Below are positions 17,398 through 26,934 of a stretch of DNA of 64,000 nt, one piece after another. The stretch is from NCBI GenBank assembly GCA_048939245.1, contig JBHLPR010000003.1, forward strand, positions 1-64,000, given 5' to 3'. Under the pieces are notes generated by a model. The model had not been told where the DNA came from and searched no databases. It worked only from the letters and a program-made list of their open reading frames with translations. The stretch comes from Promethearchaeota archaeon. GTDB lineage: Archaea > Asgardarchaeota > Hermodarchaeia > Hermodarchaeales > Hermodarchaeaceae. Every line of letters begins with the position of its first letter. The stretch's first letter is position 1. The position numbers were made by a program, and so were the translations under genes.

Positions 17398-19743
17398 TTA
17401 CTGAGTGGATTGAGTGCTGGAGGGAATACGAATCTGTTCTTGTTGAGAAGAAGTTGATGAAAGGTCGCTTGTTAATGGTGCGGGTCCGTTTAACACACGA
17501 TGCCTTCGTTTCAGTTCCTCGCGTTTACCTGCGTTCCATCCGGATACATTCTGATAGTAGCCAGTAATTCGGCTAAACCAATCAATATCTGTATGTCCAC
17601 ATTTTGGACACACATCTAGTAAACCACTTGCAGTATTATGGCACCGTTTGCACACGGATAAATCACGAGTGTAACTATAATAGCCTAACTGGGTATTCAT
17701 AGCAATCCGTTGATTCAATTTCATTAATGCATTTGTATCAGGTGCAGCTTCTCCAAGGAACACATGGAATATGTTACCACCGGATAGTAGAGGAAACGCC
17801 TTCTCCTCAATTGCTATTTTCTTAGCCAAGGAGACCTGTGAGTCGTAATTAACCATAAACCCATTAGTGTAATAAGCAGGAACAGCTGTTCGCCCTGCTT
17901 CTTCCAATTGGTTACGCCAGTTTGATATGTCTCCCTTAACAACTGATTTTGCTTGGCCATTATAATGAAGTAGGTCCATTATCGCTAAACGTGTGGAGCA
18001 TGATTCTGCAGGAGTTCGAGCAACAGCGAATGGCAATCCAGTTTCTTCACTGTAAATCTTCCGAATATGTTCCATCTCTGCAATGACGCGTAATCCAAAT
18101 CGCAAAGCTTCTTGACTCTCATGTAGTTGAGTTCCTGTGTGGTATTGGACCATCTCATTAACTCCAACAAAGCCGAAAATCGGTGATGAGTTGAGAATGT
18201 CAAAAAGTGGTGGAGCTGTGTCACCATTAAATCGTGGTTGTTGGTTGAGAAATGGAAGCATACCATTATCCAATTGCTGTTTTATGAACTTGCGTTTAAT
18301 CATCAGCACACGTCTGGCTAACTCCATTTGTCCGCGAAGGTTCTCAAATAATACAGTATCATCCCCATTCGCGATATACGCCAAACGTGGCAAATTCAAT
18401 GTTACGACCTGAAGGCCACCCATAGAGAAATGCGCACCATCTTCAAACATGATCTTCTTTTGAAATTCTTCAGAACTAATATCCTCCTCAAGTCGAAAAG
18501 CGCAACACTGGTAACAATCTTGTCCTTCGGAATCCCTGTATCCCGGAATTACATTATCGAAGTAACTACTACCAAATTTTGCGGAGAGTTTAGTGGCTAA
18601 ATACATGTTTTCTTCATGTTCGCTTTTAGTGAAATACTCTCGACGAACTCGAATTTCGGGTTTGGGGAAGCTAAACATCTTTCCCCACGCATCCCCTTCG
18701 AGATAGGTCTCAAGTATAGTTGTCATGAATGTTCGAGCCTCATCCTCGTACTCCCCATATGAATCCGGTCCAACTCTTCCACGATAGACTACAGGGGCAT
18801 CACGCCAGATTTTGGGAATGCCTGATTCAAGTTGAATGCTCGAGAAGACTAGTTGCCCGCCTCGAGAGACGTATGTTTCGTTGGCTTCGAAGAGGATTGT
18901 TTGAGCAAGCTGTTTAATCTCTCGAGGAGACTTTCCGCGGAGGAAAGGCGCCAAGAATACATTAAAATTGAAGAGTCCTTGACCGCCGGCGCAGTTTGTT
19001 TGGCCGGCTGCCAAGACTTTGATGAGGTGCAATATAGCCACCGTTGGGTACGACGCTGGTTTAGCAACTGCTGTTCTTTCACCAAGACCATCACACATCA
19101 ATCCGTATTTGAAGAAGTATCTTGCATCGTAGTCTGCACAGAAGGGTCGGGTCCCAAAGTATTCAAGGTCATGTATATGAATATCTCCTGCAAGATGCGC
19201 GTCAGAAAGTTCAGGTGGGAGCATTAGAAGGTATGCTTCCTTACAAAGCCGATCTGCAATCTTTTTATGGATTGTTTCAGGGTTAGGCTGCATATTCGCA
19301 TTTTCATGGGCCTCATAGCCATTTCCGCCAATGATATGACTAAAGTCCCACATAGGAACACCAACACGGGTCAAGGCATTACGATAAACTGCAAATCGTG
19401 GGTCCTGCTTTGCTTTTTCAAGAAGTACTTGGTTTTGTATTTCTCGGATTAGAGGAGCACTGACAAAGGGAAGCTGCATTTGCTTGATTCGCCGCTCTAC
19501 CTCATTTGCGATGCCCTTGGCTTCCTTTTGACTAATTGAGGGGATTTTAAAAAGTTCCTGGACTAACAGCGTTTCTCGGACGAGGGCATCAACAATTTTC
19601 TTGGGATTCCAACTGCGAATTAATGCGTCGCTGGTGCGTACCATAGGCATGCCCGCTGCCTCTTTGCGAACCGCTTGAATCCAACGATCTAGTGATAACG
19701 TTCTCTGCGTTGAATCTGTTGCTCTCCTCCTACGCCGGGCCAT
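17398..19743 (-). CDS. nrdD: Anaerobic (class III) ribonucleoside-triphosphate reductase with ATP-cone
   Basis: ATP-cone (WNPKKIVDALVRET..SAPLIRE), HIHDL, QCC finger loop, TPAES, YYTN, CKRC/CPKC, SRITGY glycyl-radical motif. Confidence 0.95.
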   Translation of the reverse strand: MARRRRRATDSTQRTLSLDRWIQAVRKEAAGMPMVRTSDALIRSWNPKKIVDALVRETLLVQELFKIPSISQKEAKGIANEVERRIKQMQLPFVSAPLIREIQNQVLLEKAKQDPRFAVYRNALTRVGVPMWDFSHIIGGNGYEAHENANMQPNPETIHKKIADRLCKEAYLLMLPPELSDAHLAGDIHIHDLEYFGTRPFCADYDARYFFKYGLMCDGLGERTAVAKPASYPTVAILHLIKVLAAGQTNCAGGQGLFNFNVFLAPFLRGKSPREIKQLAQTILFEANETYVSRGGQLVFSSIQLESGIPKIWRDAPVVYRGRVGPDSYGEYEDEARTFMTTILETYLEGDAWGKMFSFPKPEIRVRREYFTKSEHEENMYLATKLSAKFGSSYFDNVIPGYRDSEGQDCYQCCAFRLEEDISSEEFQKKIMFEDGAHFSMGGLQVVTLNLPRLAYIANGDDTVLFENLRGQMELARRVLMIKRKFIKQQLDNGMLPFLNQQPRFNGDTAPPLFDILNSSPIFGFVGVNEMVQYHTGTQLHESQEALRFGLRVIAEMEHIRKIYSEETGLPFAVARTPAESCSTRLAIMDLLHYNGQAKSVVKGDISNWRNQLEEAGRTAVPAYYTNGFMVNYDSQVSLAKKIAIEEKAFPLLSGGNIFHVFLGEAAPDTNALMKLNQRIAMNTQLGYYSYTRDLSVCKRCHNTASGLLDVCPKCGHTDIDWFSRITGYYQNVSGWNAGKREELKRRHRVLNGPAPLTSDLSSTSSQQEQIRIPSSTQSTQ

Positions 19744-19996
19744 ATCCGTTGCTCCTCAGAAATGTTGTAAGAGTTGATTCGTTAAACTGATTATTTGCGA
19801 ATAGTTCTGATTGATGTAAGACCTTCTGATCAATGACCAGTGCGGGTGTGTTGTAGATATTCAGCATCAGTGCATCGACTTGCGCGTCGGGTTCCTCTAC
19901 CATGCGTACTGTATGCTCAATATTGTGGTCTTGCAGATATTGTTTCAGTGCCTCACATCGAGGACATACACTGCTAGAGTAGACCACACAGACCAC
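19730..19996 (-). CDS. Glutaredoxin/NrdH-like redoxin
   Basis: VYSSSVCPRCEALK, TPAL cis-Pro; start at GTG 19996 after GGGAGGCGG; overlaps nrdD start. Confidence 0.85.
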   Translation of the reverse strand: MVCVVYSSSVCPRCEALKQYLQDHNIEHTVRMVEEPDAQVDALMLNIYNTPALVIDQKVLHQSELFANNQFNESTLTTFLRSNGYGPA

Positions 19997-20454
19997 GAAA
20001 AGATCCCGCCTCCCATCTAATTTCACATCATTCCATAAAAATGCTATTTTAAGTCGGTAGTGATTTGAATACGCAAATAGCTGGGAAGTCAATTTTTGAT
20101 TTGGAGAATTCTTGTCTTCGAACGATTCCAGCTTCCCCTTATTGCACCATAGCGCACTCTCACAAATTCTATTGTTAGAAAATACGAAAACTCCGCTTAT
20201 TCGATGATTCATCAATTAAGATAGATTTTTGCACTGGTGATTTAATGGAAAATGACAAGAAAATACGCGCGCTTTGAATTGAAAGAAGCCAAATTAGCCG
20301 CTCACTCGCTCTAGGTAACTATGATAGTTCATCCCGCGAGTGCGGTCACACAAATGCCTTCCTGTCATCGCGGATAAGCGACCAGAGACTTTTCAGCCTA
20401 TCGATGCACATAAACCTACCGATACCTGATTTCTAATTTAAGGCGAGGAAAATC

Positions 20455-21333
20455 ATGAACGCTGATCCATGTATCCACTTTAGTCATCAACTCTATGATT
20501 TACTAACTAAGATGATTTCACAAAATCTTACCTCTTCTATTGAACTGGGTGTATTATTTTCGGGAGGACTTGATAGTAGTGTAATAACTGCAATACTTAC
20601 CAAGCTTCATCCAGCACCATTTCAACTCTTTGTAGCCGGTATTGAAGCAGCCAAAGATATCAACTTCGCTAGGAAAGCTGCCGAGGCTTTGAATCTTCAA
20701 CTTACAATACAATTGTTTACTGCAGCAGATGTAGAAGAGGCCCTCCCAACGATATTGTCTGTTCTAGAAACTGTTGATGTTTTACATGTGGAATTAGCTA
20801 TCCCACTTTTCTTTGCAGCTAAGTGTGCTAGCCAATTTAAGATTACAACACTTTTCAGTGGACAGGGTGCTGACGAGCTTTTTGGAGGATATGCCAAATA
20901 TGAAAAACGCTTTCTTAACTCAGAAGAATCCACACTTAATGAAATGAAATCCGATCTCCTAACACTCTATGATAAAACCCTTCCCTCAATGACCGCCATA
21001 GTTTCTCACTTCAATGCACGATTAATTGTTCCGTTTTGTGAACAACCAATCAAGAACTTTGCTGACCTAATTCCCTTCTCATGTAAAATAGCTCAAATCT
21101 CTAAGAAGGTCATACGCAAACGAATTCTTCGGCTTCTTGCCAGAAATTTGAACCTTCCTTCCCAAATAGCTGATGCCCCCAAGCGGGCCCTTCAATATGG
21201 ATCCGGTACTCATCGTATCCTAAGTCGATTAGCTACTAGCTATTGGCTTAAAAAAAACCCAAAACTCTCAAAACGTAAAACAAGAACCCATGCGCGAATT
21301 GAGCAATATCTAACTCAGTTTACTGATACCTGA
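20455..21333 (+). CDS. Asparagine synthase C-terminal (PP-loop) domain protein, no glutaminase domain
   Basis: LFSGGLDSS, SGQGADELFGGY, KRALQYGSG. Confidence 0.85.
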   Translation: MNADPCIHFSHQLYDLLTKMISQNLTSSIELGVLFSGGLDSSVITAILTKLHPAPFQLFVAGIEAAKDINFARKAAEALNLQLTIQLFTAADVEEALPTILSVLETVDVLHVELAIPLFFAAKCASQFKITTLFSGQGADELFGGYAKYEKRFLNSEESTLNEMKSDLLTLYDKTLPSMTAIVSHFNARLIVPFCEQPIKNFADLIPFSCKIAQISKKVIRKRILRLLARNLNLPSQIADAPKRALQYGSGTHRILSRLATSYWLKKNPKLSKRKTRTHARIEQYLTQFTDT

Positions 21334-21374
21334 TTTTCCATATCAATAAGCGCATGAAGCCAATTCATTACTCA

Positions 21375-21764
21375 TCATTTCAGCATTCGCTTCAAACGCT
21401 TGGTCATCAAATCGATGATTAATGTAATTGCACCTAACGGAGCATTCCGATCGGCTATCAATGCCAACACATTGGCTTCGCTGATTCTTCGTACTAGCAA
21501 ATGCCCTCGTCCACACCGTAGCATCAAATCATTATATTTCCCGATTTTAAGGCTGCTCGCTGTTTGTTCGGATAGCGCACCAAGTGAAGCTATTGCTGCA
21601 GCTAATTCTAATTTCTCTACTTCCCCTTTACCCATAAGCACAATGAGCGGTAATCCGTCAGCTGTCATGACCGCAGCACTATAAATAAAGGGTTCCCGGC
21701 CCACCATTTCCTCTAAATAATTCTCTACTGTCGACATAGCTGAGGCATCGGAAGGTGATTGCAT
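21375..21764 (-). CDS. Roadblock/LC7 domain protein
   Basis: AAVMTADGLP, LAAAIASLGALSE, APLG. Confidence 0.85.
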   Translation of the reverse strand: MQSPSDASAMSTVENYLEEMVGREPFIYSAAVMTADGLPLIVLMGKGEVEKLELAAAIASLGALSEQTASSLKIGKYNDLMLRCGRGHLLVRRISEANVLALIADRNAPLGAITLIIDLMTKRLKRMLK

Positions 21765-21929
21765 ACTTGTCTTCCCTCACTGTGAAGCTTTTAGTGTTTC
21801 CCGAAATATAGAACCCCAAAAATAAAGACAAAGATTCTACACCCAATCTTTACATTGTTATTTCAGTCTGCCAATACTTTTATTAATCACTCTGAATTTT
21901 CCTTGTCTACCCGTGCTTAGGTGGTTAAC

Positions 21930-22421
21930 TTGTCAGAGAAAGGATCTAAATCCAAGGCGAAAACGAAGACCGCTAAGAAGTCTAGTGCGAAGGCGAAAAC
22001 GAAGACCGCTAAGAAGTCTAGTGCGAAGGCGAAAACGAAGACCGCTAAAAAAACAACCAAGACTAAAAAGACAACTGTCAAAAAAACCAAGAAAAAGCGA
22101 AAAACTCAACCACCAACGAAGGCCAAACCCAAAAAGTCCCGCCGATTACCCTTGGAAGCACCGGTTAAAGGGGTGTTAATGAATTATCAACGTGGAACAG
22201 TTACTCAACGACCTCATTATGGGTTAATTCAATTGGAAGGGATAACCTCAGTATCTGACGCTGCTAAATACATTGGACGGTCCGTTATTCTACATTTCAA
22301 CGATCAAAAATCCACTCAAGGGCGTATTATTTCTGCACATGGGCGTAATGGAGTGCTCCGAGCTCGTTTTCGACGTGGTTTAGCTGCTGAAGCGATAGCG
22401 AAGGAAGTTTTGGTTTACTAA
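21930..22421 (+). CDS. rpl35ae: 50S ribosomal protein eL33 (L35Ae) with long Lys/Ala/Thr-rich N-terminal extension
   Basis: GVLMNYQRG..Q, AAKYIGR, GRIISAHGRNGVLRARFRRGL; start TTG 21930 after AGGTGG. Confidence 0.9.
   Translation: MSEKGSKSKAKTKTAKKSSAKAKTKTAKKSSAKAKTKTAKKTTKTKKTTVKKTKKKRKTQPPTKAKPKKSRRLPLEAPVKGVLMNYQRGTVTQRPHYGLIQLEGITSVSDAAKYIGRSVILHFNDQKSTQGRIISAHGRNGVLRARFRRGLAAEAIAKEVLVY
21954..22048 (+). repeat. 36-bp perfect tandem repeat x2.6 (encodes KAKTKTAKKSSA)
   Basis: aaggcgaaaacgaagaccgctaagaagtctagtgcg at 21954, 21990 and partial at 22026. Confidence 0.9.
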
Positions 22422-22513
22422 ACTTTCATTTTCAGTACAAAGAAACCTTTTTTGGTCACTCACCCCACAAAAGGATATTATTGAAAATGCCTTCTCGAGA
22501 GTAGGTGCGACGG

Positions 22514-22894
22514 ATGATTGAAAATGAGAATAAGGTGAAGCGCAAGATTCAGCTTAGACCTGTGACAGTTAAACACCAAGAAATCTCATTACCTAAAGAA
22601 ATCATCGAAAAAGCTGAAGCAGCAGAAGCTAAAGAGGCTGTTGAGGAAGAATCAAATCTATCTGCTGATCAACTCGCGATATTATTCGTCTGCCAACGGG
22701 GGCATCAATCATTCATTAGCGTTCTACAAGGGGTAAATAGCACCCGTATTCCCGTGGGTAAAAAACCACTCAGAGAAGCTGAGGTTCGCGCCCTCTTAGA
22801 TGACCTCGAAACACAGGGTTATCTAAAGAAAGCGGAAATACATGACCAACCTACCTGGGCGGCAACTGAAAAAGCCCGAGCCTTGGAAACCTGA
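22514..22894 (+). CDS. Hypothetical protein, C-terminal winged-helix-like
   Basis: EAEVRALLDDLETQGYL..WAATEKAR. Confidence 0.6.
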   Translation: MIENENKVKRKIQLRPVTVKHQEISLPKEIIEKAEAAEAKEAVEEESNLSADQLAILFVCQRGHQSFISVLQGVNSTRIPVGKKPLREAEVRALLDDLETQGYLKKAEIHDQPTWAATEKARALET

Positions 22895-22985
22895 GTAACA
22901 TTGTTAATCAAGGCTTTTCAAATTTCTCTAAATGACTATTGTTACTGCTACTAAGGCAGCAATTTAATAGTCAAGTTCTTGCATC

Positions 22986-23225
22986 CTAAAATTCGGCTGC
23001 AATTCGTTCGCCGTAATCGGTCAAGAAGTAAAAAGAGTGATATACTCCTCGACGCTGTTCGACGAGTCCCGCAGAAAGTAGCCGCTTTAGATGATATGCA
23101 GCGGTACTTGGAGGGATATCTAATGCTCTTGCGATATCTCGCAAAAATGTTCGTTGCCCATTTAGGGTTGTTAAAATTTCTCGACGAGTGCGATGACGTA
23201 ATACTTTTTCTGTGATCGGAGTCAT
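22986..23225 (-). CDS. ArsR-type winged-helix regulator
   Basis: RTRREIL..LRDIARALDIPPSTAAYHLKRLLSAGLV. Confidence 0.8.
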   Translation of the reverse strand: MTPITEKVLRHRTRREILTTLNGQRTFLRDIARALDIPPSTAAYHLKRLLSAGLVEQRRGVYHSFYFLTDYGERIAAEF

Positions 23226-23487
23226 ATTTTCTACCGTCCAGGAATCTCCGCCAACTCGAATGACATTTATTTTACGCTCTTAAATATATACTTTGCGGCA
23301 TAAATACGTACATTACTCGTTATGGGCGTTATATACACTTCATGTCACCTATTCACCAAATCCGGTTGTGTCCTGATTTGCTATGGCTTAGTGCTGATAA
23401 AAACTCATAAGAACAGGAAGGCAGAGTTAAACTAAACATCTTAGTGCACCATGATAGACTTAGAAATACCCGCTGGCTGGGGTAGGC

Positions 23488-23859
23488 GTGTCGAAGAATC
23501 GAGGAAAAGATGCATATGACTTACTTATGTCCCTTCTTTCTCTAAGTGAGATTCAAAGGCGAATTCTCATTTCTCTCGCCCATATCTACCCACGTGCAGC
23601 CTCAGGTAAGCAGCTCATCACTTTGATTGGATATAGTGGAAAAGCGAAATCCTTGTATCGTGGTCCCCTTGAACGTCTCGAAAAAGAAGAGCTAATTCTT
23701 GTTGATCGATTGACTCCACGTCTTCACTCAATTCGAGTAAACCATCTGCATCCTCTAATATCGTATCTACTCGAACTCATTGAAGCTCATGGAAAGAAAA
23801 CGATGGAACTTTACACAAAAGCTCTCGAGGAGGGAACATCTGTTGACCGAGAAGAATGA
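23488..23859 (+). CDS. Winged-helix hypothetical protein
   Basis: LSEIQRRILISL, SLYRGPLERLEKEELI. Confidence 0.6.
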   Translation: MSKNRGKDAYDLLMSLLSLSEIQRRILISLAHIYPRAASGKQLITLIGYSGKAKSLYRGPLERLEKEELILVDRLTPRLHSIRVNHLHPLISYLLELIEAHGKKTMELYTKALEEGTSVDREE

Positions 23860-24460
23860 GCAAGTGCTTACAAGCATGGTTAGGGAACAATACATCATGG
23901 AATGGGGATTATTAGGCGTTCTTTGGACAGTGAGCATTATCTGTTCCTATATTCTTGTAATTAATCTGCTGCTTCTGCCTTCATTAGGTCCTCCTTGGAC
24001 TCCCACCCCAGAGCAAACTTGGTGGCAGTGGTTACTTCTAGCTTTTCAACACCAGTATATTTGGCCTGCTGGGTTAGCAACAACCCTCGCTTTGGTTTTG
24101 ACAATTAGTGTGACTATTTATTTCGCCTTTTGGATCCCGTCACGGGTTGATAAGACAATTCAAATCGAGTTACACCGAATAGGACCAACAACCAAACTAA
24201 GACTTCACAGACAATATGTAACAAAAATCAATTCAAAGGGGCTTCTTGTTACTAGGTTGCTGGCAAAAACGACGAGTTCAGGAGAATATGGGCTAGTTGT
24301 GCTAAGGGCTTCATTTCCGAATGTGTCATATGATGAGATAGAATCTGTAGCACAACGGAATTTCTTAGCCTGGGATAAAAATTCAATCGCGACCGTTTCT
24401 TCTGTCGATGAACTTCACTTCAAAATTACTCAACTTGCCCGTGCATTCGCTGAGCTATGA
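23843..24460 (+). CDS. Hypothetical membrane protein (2 TM plus soluble domain)
   Basis: Two hydrophobic segments; start TTG 23843 after GAGGAGGG. Confidence 0.6.
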   Translation: MTEKNEQVLTSMVREQYIMEWGLLGVLWTVSIICSYILVINLLLLPSLGPPWTPTPEQTWWQWLLLAFQHQYIWPAGLATTLALVLTISVTIYFAFWIPSRVDKTIQIELHRIGPTTKLRLHRQYVTKINSKGLLVTRLLAKTTSSGEYGLVVLRASFPNVSYDEIESVAQRNFLAWDKNSIATVSSVDELHFKITQLARAFAEL

Positions 24461-24472
24461 AACTAGTATTAA

Positions 24473-26131
24473 TTATCGGATAAGTTCGGTTACGGTTCCA
24501 ATACATCGTGTATTGGCTTCTCGAGTTACAATCCGATCACCGATACGAAGCATCTCAGGTCCTTTTTTAAAGACCATGCGGACTCTAGCTACATCACCGA
24601 CAACTAGATACTCTTTATCAAAGATTTTTTCGTAGATAACCGGTTGTTGGATAGTGGAACTATGGAAGACCGGTTCGTAGCCTGTTCGGATTCGTGTAGG
24701 GTGTCGTGTTACGATGATGGTAGAATCGAATGCTTGAATTGCTTTAACATCCGCATCTTTGTCGCATATGATTTGCCCACGACGGATTTTTTCTGGGGTA
24801 AGGCGTTTGAGATCAAAGCCAAATACATCTCCCGCTTTTACACGTTCAACTCGTTTTTTGAATACTTCAATTGAGCCGATTCTCCCTTTCATGAATCGTC
24901 CTTCGTTATCAGGACCACATAAAATTGGTTGACCTGGTTTGAAGATTCCTTCTTGCACTGTACCTGTAATCACCACATTGGTTCCTCGTATTCCTCGATA
25001 GACCTTATCGATGTAAGCAAAGGCTGGTCTTTCGATACGTTCATTGGGGATTCGGGAGGGCAGATCAACGAGGGTTTTTCGAAGCAGCTCTAATCCATCA
25101 CCCGTCACACAACTAACTTCAAAAACAGGGACAATTACTTTGTGAGCGATTTCCCGAAAGATGATGGAGATATCATCTTCCGATGTGACCCGGAGCGGTA
25201 CATGCCCAATTTCTTTGATGGTTTCGAATACGAGATTGCGAACATGATTTCGTGTGGATTCATCGCAATCATCGATTTTGTTTATTACAACTAGGAAAGG
25301 CAGCTCTTGGTTTGAAACTAATAATAGGTGCTCTCGAGTGATATCATCTAAACGGAGTATCCCACTTCGTTGTTCTTCAGCAATTGCTAGTTTATATTCG
25401 TCGAGGGAGGGAACGAGAACCATACTGTATTGTGCTGAAGCACCTAGTACGCTTCTAATCATGGTTTTGGCATATTCTTTGTGGCCAGGGGCGTCAAAGA
25501 TTGTTATTATTCGGTGAGCTTGATCTAGAATCCGGGCACGTTTTGACTTGTCCAATGGTGCTTGCATAGCGATGAATTTACCTTCTTTGTCTATCGCGGC
25601 AAACGTAACATGAAGATCCGCTGTTTGCCCTCTCTTCAATTCTTGGGGATACGTTAGGAGTACTGCTCTGGCATACCCACTTCCATCATCGAGTTTACCT
25701 TGGATCAGAACACCAGCTAGGGTTGTTTTTCCACTGTTTACCCGTCCAACTAAGTTTATACCCAATGTTTCGGGAACCATCGGAGTAATAACTCGGGCTA
25801 AGGTGAAACTTGTGACAATTCCTTGCTCGGTATTGTAATGTGTTTCTTCTAGAATCTCAATTCCCGCTTCCTTACATAGAGTTTTGAGGACGGATTTACT
25901 GATTTCTACTTCATCGTTTGTGAGTCCATATACTTCCCATTTCTTTCCGTGAAGATCTTCGATTCCCACGACGAATTGTCCTAGCCCCTCGCTAGTAATT
26001 AATTTTAATTGGGCAATCAGTTTTGCCCCACGATCTCCAGCCTTGTCTTTATCAGTTAGTGAACGTTTAAACTCAGTATTTCGTGTTTCTCCATTCTTTA
26101 GAAGTTGTTCGAGATTAAAATCCGATGTCAC
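24473..26131 (-). CDS. GTPBP1/GTPBP2-like translational GTPase with N-terminal AlbA_2-like domain
   Basis: NTEFKRSL, GRVNSGKTT, QELKRGQT, DAPGH, NKID, VSCVTG, HPTRI..GYEPV EF-Tu-like domains II/III. Confidence 0.85.
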   Translation of the reverse strand: MTSDFNLEQLLKNGETRNTEFKRSLTDKDKAGDRGAKLIAQLKLITSEGLGQFVVGIEDLHGKKWEVYGLTNDEVEISKSVLKTLCKEAGIEILEETHYNTEQGIVTSFTLARVITPMVPETLGINLVGRVNSGKTTLAGVLIQGKLDDGSGYARAVLLTYPQELKRGQTADLHVTFAAIDKEGKFIAMQAPLDKSKRARILDQAHRIITIFDAPGHKEYAKTMIRSVLGASAQYSMVLVPSLDEYKLAIAEEQRSGILRLDDITREHLLLVSNQELPFLVVINKIDDCDESTRNHVRNLVFETIKEIGHVPLRVTSEDDISIIFREIAHKVIVPVFEVSCVTGDGLELLRKTLVDLPSRIPNERIERPAFAYIDKVYRGIRGTNVVITGTVQEGIFKPGQPILCGPDNEGRFMKGRIGSIEVFKKRVERVKAGDVFGFDLKRLTPEKIRRGQIICDKDADVKAIQAFDSTIIVTRHPTRIRTGYEPVFHSSTIQQPVIYEKIFDKEYLVVGDVARVRMVFKKGPEMLRIGDRIVTREANTRCIGTVTELIR

Positions 26132-26209
26132 TCCGCTTCCTCACATAGTATATTTTCGTAATGAAAATAAATTGGGTGTCTGCATATCAGCCTTTTGTTT
26201 GCGTTCCAA

Positions 26210-26893
26210 CTAGTCGTCCATCAGCTTCTGTTCTCGAAGATAGGATATAATCGGAGTCAATGTTGAAAAAATTGCGATTGCCCCCTCAGCTCTAAGTTCT
26301 TTCTCGGTACGAAGTTTTGAACGCCGTGCAATACAGCGTATTCCTAGCTTATTTGCAGTCATGATATCGATGGTAGAATCACCAATGAATATTGTTTGTT
26401 CAGCAGGAATATCAAAATGGTTAAGAATTAATTCTAGCCCCGCAGTAGCTGGTTTCATGTGGGGCGCCTCTTCACGGGTAATTAATAAATCAACATATTC
26501 CATCAATCCAAATTTTTCCAAGAGATATTTGGCAACGGCTTTGTTGTCATTGGTTAAGATCGCAATATTGACTTGATACTGTTGTAGGGCTTTGAGAATC
26601 TCCTTGGCACCAGAAACTAACTGGGCTTTTTTTGCTCCTTCCCATTCGAATTTCACCGCCTCTAAATAGACCTCATCACGTAGTTTGCTTATCTCAATTG
26701 GAGTAAACCCTTTTTCACCCGCGTAGGCAAAAGCACTGCGGAGCAAGTCCTGCGTACTGTTCATTGGAAGAACGTGTGTCGGAAATTCATGTTCAATGAG
26801 TAGATCTCGAATAGCTTGTCGCATAGCCTGAAAATCAATCTCTGCCGTAACTAGAGTGCCATCTAAATCAAATACGACAAGCTCGATTGCCAT
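26210..26893 (-). CDS. HAD family hydrolase
   Basis: FDLDGTL, LTN, KP, IGDSTID. Confidence 0.9.
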   Translation of the reverse strand: MAIELVVFDLDGTLVTAEIDFQAMRQAIRDLLIEHEFPTHVLPMNSTQDLLRSAFAYAGEKGFTPIEISKLRDEVYLEAVKFEWEGAKKAQLVSGAKEILKALQQYQVNIAILTNDNKAVAKYLLEKFGLMEYVDLLITREEAPHMKPATAGLELILNHFDIPAEQTIFIGDSTIDIMTANKLGIRCIARRSKLRTEKELRAEGAIAIFSTLTPIISYLREQKLMDD

Positions 26894-26934
26894 AAGAGCA
26901 TTACTCCACTCTTTTGATTTGAATGTGGGCTCTG

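Noticed and set aside
19997-20215. N-terminal 73-aa extension of the redoxin ORF
   Set aside because: Strong SD precedes GTG 19996 and the extension has no protein-like features
20281-20400. Cobalamin riboswitch or SECIS upstream of nrdD
   Set aside because: B12-box consensus and SECIS spacing not met; no in-frame TGA selenoprotein candidate seen nearby
21954-22048. 36-bp repeats as a CRISPR array
   Set aside because: Head-to-tail with no spacers, in frame within rpl35ae, no cas genes
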